Below, one piece after another: positions 59,621 to 64,000 of a stretch of 64,000 bases of DNA. Source of the stretch: Candidatus Omnitrophota bacterium (GTDB taxonomy: Bacteria > Omnitrophota > Gorgyraeia > Zapsychrales > Fredricksoniimonadaceae); contig JACQCF010000018.1 in the NCBI GenBank assembly GCA_016201795.1, positions 2,820 to 66,819 on the forward strand, read 5' to 3'. Position 1 is the first letter of the stretch, and the number at the start of each line of letters is the position of its first letter. Under the pieces are notes generated by a model. The model was given only the letters and a program-made list of their open reading frames with translations, had not been told where the DNA came from and made no database searches. The position numbers and the translations under genes were made by a program.

Positions 59621-60520
59621 ATGGTCGCTATAGAAATCAATAACTTAGTTAAAACTTATAAAACCGGCACCAAGGCGGTCAAGGGCGTGGATTTAACCGT
59701 AGCCCAAGGTGATTTTTTTGCTTTGCTGGGAGCCAACGGGGCAGGTAAAACAACTATCATTAGTATTCTCATCGGCTTGGTCAATAAAACTTCCGGAACA
59801 GTCAAGATTTTTGGACATGACATTGACCGCGAATTTGATCAGGCTAAGAGACTTATGGGCGTTGTCCCTCAAGAGTTTAATTTTAATATGTTCGAAAGGG
59901 TTGGGGATATTGTGACCATCCAGGCGGGGTTTTTTGGTATAGACAGGACGAACGCGCTTAAGAGTTCTGAGGAGGTTTTAAAAAAAGTGGGTTTATGGGA
60001 AAAACGTACGGCCATGGCCCGCACACTTTCAGGCGGCATGAAGCGGCGCTTGATGATTGCACGGGCTTTAGTACATAAACCTAGAATGCTCATTCTCGAT
60101 GAGCCCACCGCCGGGGTGGATGTGCAGTTGCGTTTTGGTATGTGGGATTATTTGCGCGAGCTAAACTCCCAAGGAGTGACGGTTCTTTTGACCACGCATT
60201 ATCTGGAAGAGGTTCAACAGATGTGCCGCAACGCCGCCATTATTAAGGAGGGCGAGATCGTGCGTTTAGATAGTGTGCGGAATTTAAACAAACTCATTAA
60301 GCAAGAAACCTACGTGATTGCGGTCAAAAAGATGCAGCCGCTGTCAGGCATCGAATCCTATCATCCAGTGGTGGTTGATGAGCATACCTTTGAGGTGAAT
60401 TTAAACCGTGATGAACAGCTCAATGACCTGTTAATTAAACTTATGGAACATGGTTTTGATATCACCGACGTGCATCCTAAAGAGCAGCGTTTGGAGAAAT
60501 TATTTTTGTCTCTATTATGA
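59621..60520 (+). CDS. ABC transporter ATP-binding protein (ABC-2 exporter type)
   Basis: Walker A GANGAGKTT. Signature LSGGMKRRL. Walker B LILDEPT. Confidence 0.9.
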   Translation: MVAIEINNLVKTYKTGTKAVKGVDLTVAQGDFFALLGANGAGKTTIISILIGLVNKTSGTVKIFGHDIDREFDQAKRLMGVVPQEFNFNMFERVGDIVTIQAGFFGIDRTNALKSSEEVLKKVGLWEKRTAMARTLSGGMKRRLMIARALVHKPRMLILDEPTAGVDVQLRFGMWDYLRELNSQGVTVLLTTHYLEEVQQMCRNAAIIKEGEIVRLDSVRNLNKLIKQETYVIAVKKMQPLSGIESYHPVVVDEHTFEVNLNRDEQLNDLLIKLMEHGFDITDVHPKEQRLEKLFLSLL

Positions 60521-61284
60521 AAGAACAGTGGATTGCCTTTCAAACTTTGGTGCGTAAAGAAATCATCCGTATCTTAAGGATTTGGACTCAAACGCTTTTG
60601 CCGCCTTTGGTCACACAGGCTTTGTACTTTATTATTTTTGGAAAATTTATCGGATCTCAGGTCAAAGCTATCCACGGGGTCAGTTATATGTCTTTTATCG
60701 TCCCTGGTATTGTGATGATGGCGGTGATTAACAGCGCCTACGGCAATGTGGTCAGCTCTTTTTTCGGGGCTAAATTCCAACGTAATATTGAAGAGATGTT
60801 GGTGGCGCCGATGAAAGAATGGGTGATCGTGGCCGGCTTTATCTGCGGCGGAATCATCCGCGGACTGGTGGTGGGAGCTCTAGTGTTCTTGATGTCTTGT
60901 TTTTTTACCCACCCAACGGTGTATCAGATAAGTATTGTGATGGTGTTTATGATTTTGACAGCTGCGGTTTTTTCTTTGGCGGCTTTGATCAACGGAATTT
61001 TTGCCAGGAATTTTGATGAGGTAGCCATTTTTCAGAATTTTATTTTGGTCCCTCTTATTTATTTGGGAGGAGTTTTCTATTCTATTTTGAGTTTGCCGCC
61101 GACTTGGCAAAATTTTTCGAAATTGAACCCATTGCTGTATATGGTCAATGGGTTCCGTTATGGATTTTTTGGTTTTTCTGATGTGAGCGTGCCTTTCAGC
61201 ACAGCGCTTCTGATTGTTTTGACGGTTGTCCTTTGGCAGGTTAATATATGGTTGTTAAAAAAAGGAATCGGTATTAAGAATTGA
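60517..61284 (+). CDS. ABC-2 family transporter permease
   Basis: 6 TM helices. ATGA coupling to the upstream ATPase. Confidence 0.8.
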   Translation: MKEQWIAFQTLVRKEIIRILRIWTQTLLPPLVTQALYFIIFGKFIGSQVKAIHGVSYMSFIVPGIVMMAVINSAYGNVVSSFFGAKFQRNIEEMLVAPMKEWVIVAGFICGGIIRGLVVGALVFLMSCFFTHPTVYQISIVMVFMILTAAVFSLAALINGIFARNFDEVAIFQNFILVPLIYLGGVFYSILSLPPTWQNFSKLNPLLYMVNGFRYGFFGFSDVSVPFSTALLIVLTVVLWQVNIWLLKKGIGIKN

Positions 61285-61384
61285 TGGAGATCCCTCTCCC
61301 GCCGTTGGCGGGATCGGGATTAATTCGCCCAAATAACTTACGTCGCAAGGGCTCCGTAAGTTATAGGCTCATTAAGGAGGATGT

Positions 61385-61957
61385 ATGCGTCAACTAATCT
61401 TAGCTTTAGTATTTAGTATAGGCCTCTTATCTGCTCCGGCTTGGGCAGTACAGAGTTATAAGATCGATCCTAATCATTCCAGTTTTGGGTTCTCAGTCAA
61501 ACACATGATGATTAGCAATGTTCCGGGTACATTTGACAAATTTGACGGCCAGGTTGTTTATGACCCCAAAGATTTAGCTAATTCTAAAATTGATATTATT
61601 ATTCAAACGGCTAGTATCAATACTCGAAACGCTCAGCGCGATGAGCATCTACAAAGCCCTGATTTTTTTGATACAGCTAAATTTCCTACTATTACTTTTG
61701 TCAGTAAGAAAATTACCGCTACGGACATTGTTGGCGATTTGACTATCAAAGGGGTTATTAAAGAAGTGACCATACCAACGACTATTACCGGTCCTGTCAA
61801 GGCAATGATGGGTAAGGATGCTATTGGGATTAATGCGGCATTCACTTTAAACCGTCAGGACTATGGAGTTAATTGGAATAAAACATTAGATCAGGGGGGC
61901 CTGGCTGTCTCTAATGATGTGGCCGTTACCGTCAGTATAGAAGCAGATCAAAAATAG
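61385..61957 (+). CDS. YceI-family periplasmic protein
   Basis: Signal peptide and the YKIDPNHSSFGFSVKHMMISNVPGTF YceI signature. Confidence 0.85.
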   Translation: MRQLILALVFSIGLLSAPAWAVQSYKIDPNHSSFGFSVKHMMISNVPGTFDKFDGQVVYDPKDLANSKIDIIIQTASINTRNAQRDEHLQSPDFFDTAKFPTITFVSKKITATDIVGDLTIKGVIKEVTIPTTITGPVKAMMGKDAIGINAAFTLNRQDYGVNWNKTLDQGGLAVSNDVAVTVSIEADQK

Positions 61958-62159
61958 ATTTATTTATACTAATATTTAGACCCCCATCGGCAGAGTTTAC
62001 GGGGTTTTTATTTGTGGGTAAAATTTTAATAAGAAAACGCTTTCTGAGAAACCCTCCCCAGACCTTGATTTTCCCTTGACAGATGTTATATTTGGAATAG
62101 AAGGCCTCACAAGGCCTTCAGTCCCGCAATACAATAGCGGGACAGAAAGGAGGGTCCAT

Positions 62160-62822
62160 ATGAATACAGTCTATTTCATCTTGGATCCGTTAAAAGCGGT
62201 AGCAGGTATTGTTTATAGCTATATTCCGACGGTTATTGCGGTCCTGGCTGTTTTGGTCATTGGTTCTTTATTAGCCAGAAGCGTGGGTAAATTAGTAGCG
62301 GGGGTTCTTAAAGACCTCCATCTGGATAAGTTTAGCCATACCACAGGCCTTGATCGCGTTTTAGAAACCGGCGGAATCAAACGTACGGTCTCTGATGCCA
62401 TTGGCTATGTCCTTAGCTGGACGCTTTTGATTGCCACTTTCGTGATTGCTTTGAAAATTACGGGCATCACCGTACTCGGGGATATGCTTGATCATATCGC
62501 AGGGTATGTACCGACGGTTGCCACAGCCGCGGTAGCTTTAATGATCGGCATTATCTTAGCGCATATCGTGGCTGTTTGCGTGCGCACGGTCGCTGCTAAC
62601 TGCGATATGCCCAAACCCGATTTGATTGCCACCTTCAGTAAATGGGTGGTGGTAGCCACGGCGTTTATTGCTTTTGTCGATAAAATTGGCCTTGGCTTTT
62701 TGTTTACCGGTACCGCTTTAACGTTAATGACTGCGGCTTTAGCTTTAGCCCTAGGCTTAGCTTTCGGCTTGGGCGGTCGTGAGCACGCAGCCCATTATTT
62801 GGATAAGCTGCTCAAACATTAA
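62160..62822 (+). CDS. Integral membrane protein, function unknown
   Basis: 220 aa with about 6 TM helices. RBS aaggaggg. The ORF-track start at 62076 would overlap leader hairpins. Confidence 0.55.
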   Translation: MNTVYFILDPLKAVAGIVYSYIPTVIAVLAVLVIGSLLARSVGKLVAGVLKDLHLDKFSHTTGLDRVLETGGIKRTVSDAIGYVLSWTLLIATFVIALKITGITVLGDMLDHIAGYVPTVATAAVALMIGIILAHIVAVCVRTVAANCDMPKPDLIATFSKWVVVATAFIAFVDKIGLGFLFTGTALTLMTAALALALGLAFGLGGREHAAHYLDKLLKH

Positions 62823-62917
62823 CCCTTTGACTTCCGCTTAGGGTTAATATTGAGCAACGTCGAAGTATTAAGTTTTCCCTCAGCCACTCTGAAATGGGGC
62901 AGGGTGGCATCCACAAA

Positions 62918-62965
62918 CGACCCCGCTGGGTCCTAAAGGCTTGGCGGGGTCGTGTCCTTTTTATT
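62918..62965 (+). terminator. Putative rho-independent terminator
   Basis: acgaccccgc … gcggggtcgt stem (10 bp), then gtccttttt atttt. Confidence 0.45.
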
Positions 62966-63033
62966 TTCTGGTAAGCCATGAAGGAATATGATATACTACT
63001 ATTAAATGCGATACCTTTTCATAAGGAATTACC

Positions 63034-63375
63034 ATGGAGAATAGACGGCAATTCGTTCGTATTCCTTTTTATGAACCCGTGGGGTATCAAAGACAAGAGG
63101 CATCTACCCTGGAAGGCTCGTTGGCGAGGGATATCAGCCAGGGGGGCGTAAAGCTTAGGGTGAATGAATTTATTGCGCTCAATACTATTCTTGAATTGCA
63201 GATTCAGTTACCTGGTCAAATCCAACTGATGAAGGCCCATGCCAAAGTGGTTTGGGCTAGAGAGCTGCCTTACCGGGATGACGGCTGGCAAGTGGGACTA
63301 GAGTTAATTGCCAGTGAATCTTTCTCGTTGGCGATTCGCGATTATATCGGTTTGCGCCGGTTTGAACCTATTTAA
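63034..63375 (+). CDS. PilZ-domain protein
   Basis: RRQFVRIPF (RxxxR) and DISQGGVKL (DxSxGG). Confidence 0.7.
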   Translation: MENRRQFVRIPFYEPVGYQRQEASTLEGSLARDISQGGVKLRVNEFIALNTILELQIQLPGQIQLMKAHAKVVWARELPYRDDGWQVGLELIASESFSLAIRDYIGLRRFEPI

Positions 63376-63396
63376 AGAAATAGAATAAGGAATTTT

Positions 63397-63690
63397 ATGG
63401 CTGAAGCAACCGCAACACAAACGCCTGCCCCGTATAATAAATCTACGGGGTCTGCAGTTGAAGAAGTCAAAAATTGTCCAGCGTGTAAAAAACCTCTTAG
63501 GAAGGCCAGACGTTATTACCGTAACGGGACCTATTACTGCAACAGCAATTGTTTTAAGAAAGCAGACGCAACAGCCAAAGCCGCCAAAACTGAAGCCGCC
63601 AAGGCCGAAGCTGCCAAGGTTGAAACTGCTAAGGTTGAAACTGCGTCGGCTGAACCCGCCCAAGGCGGGTCTGAACCTACCAAGGGATAA
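63397..63690 (+). CDS. Small zinc-ribbon protein with a Lys/Ala-rich (histone H1-like) C-terminal tail
   Basis: CPACKK … CNSNC Cys4, then AKAAKTEAAKAEAAKVETAKVETA. Confidence 0.45.
   Translation: MAEATATQTPAPYNKSTGSAVEEVKNCPACKKPLRKARRYYRNGTYYCNSNCFKKADATAKAAKTEAAKAEAAKVETAKVETASAEPAQGGSEPTKG
63613..63642 (+). repeat. 15-bp tandem direct repeat (gc[c/t]aaggttgaaact ×2) inside the small-protein gene
   Basis: It encodes the AKVET AKVET repeat. Confidence 0.5.
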
Positions 63691-63693
63691 TCC

Positions 63694-64000
63694 GTGATCT
63701 CCAATGGTTTACATGGACCTGAACGCCGTCGGCATCCTCGTTTAGAACAGACGATACCGCTTAAAATTTCCAGCGGCGAGGTGGACATCGTCACGGAAAC
63801 GAAAAATTTAAGCTGTTCGGGTGCTTTATGTCATATCCTCAAGTTTATTGCCCCCATGACGAAATTAAAAGTTCATTTGCTTCTGCCGCTTAAACGCAAT
63901 CATAAAACTGTTACCAAGCATATTAGCTGTGAAGGGGTGGTGGTGCGCAGTGAGTCGGCCGCTGGCCAGGATTATTTTAACACTGCGATTTTTTTTAGCG
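63694..64000 (+). CDS. PilZ-domain protein, 5' part (continues beyond the window)
   Basis: GTG start. RRRHPRLE (RxxxR) … NLSCSGAL (DxSxxG-like). Confidence 0.55.
   Translation, partial: MISNGLHGPERRRHPRLEQTIPLKISSGEVDIVTETKNLSCSGALCHILKFIAPMTKLKVHLLLPLKRNHKTVTKHISCEGVVVRSESAAGQDYFNTAIFFS

Noticed and set aside
61301-61317. A hairpin tcccgccgttggcggga after the ABC-2 permease, considered as a terminator.
   Set aside because: No U-tract follows. At most it is a weak or attenuating structure, so it is not listed as a feature.
62080-62160. A c-di-GMP (GEMM) riboswitch, given the PilZ-rich context.
   Set aside because: The leader is too short and lacks the GNRA-tetraloop/receptor and conserved GEMM nucleotides.

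Overview
The window is a chromosomal segment of a diderm (Gram-negative-type) bacterium; lpxB, msbA, lgt and lspA are all present. Coding density is high and most genes lie on the + strand. Overall GC is roughly 45-48%, estimated by eye. Most genes are housekeeping. The window starts with a VapBC toxin-antitoxin pair at the left edge and an APC-family transporter. There is a lipid-A cluster (lpxB, a Gfo/Idh/MocA oxidoreductase, msbA). It is followed by hupB-like, hisS and aspS, the phoH / 7TM-HD / ybeY cluster, and a putative mreD with mrdA. Further on are fadB-like, mntH, uspA, trpBA, thiC, an AddAB-like helicase-nuclease pair, yggS-proC, a methylthioadenosine phosphorylase, ileS, a dksA-like gene, lspA, lgt, rluD, aroA, mreBC, an ABC-2 exporter, yceI and several PilZ receptors. 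No rRNA, tRNA or CRISPR array could be supported. Three things stand out. First, a previously undescribed-looking family of 73-92 bp nested-palindrome intergenic repeats has three copies here. One copy supplies the stop codon of trpA and another overlaps the apparent ileS start. Second, a compositionally distinct AT-rich segment of about 1.9 kb runs from mid-proC to upstream of the MTA phosphorylase gene. It carries three small orphan ORFs with a duplicated upstream motif. Third, there is a cluster of standalone PilZ-domain genes flanking a small zinc-ribbon protein with a histone-H1-like tail. Two large proteins of unknown function (1070 aa and 619 aa) and several structured intergenic elements are also noted.
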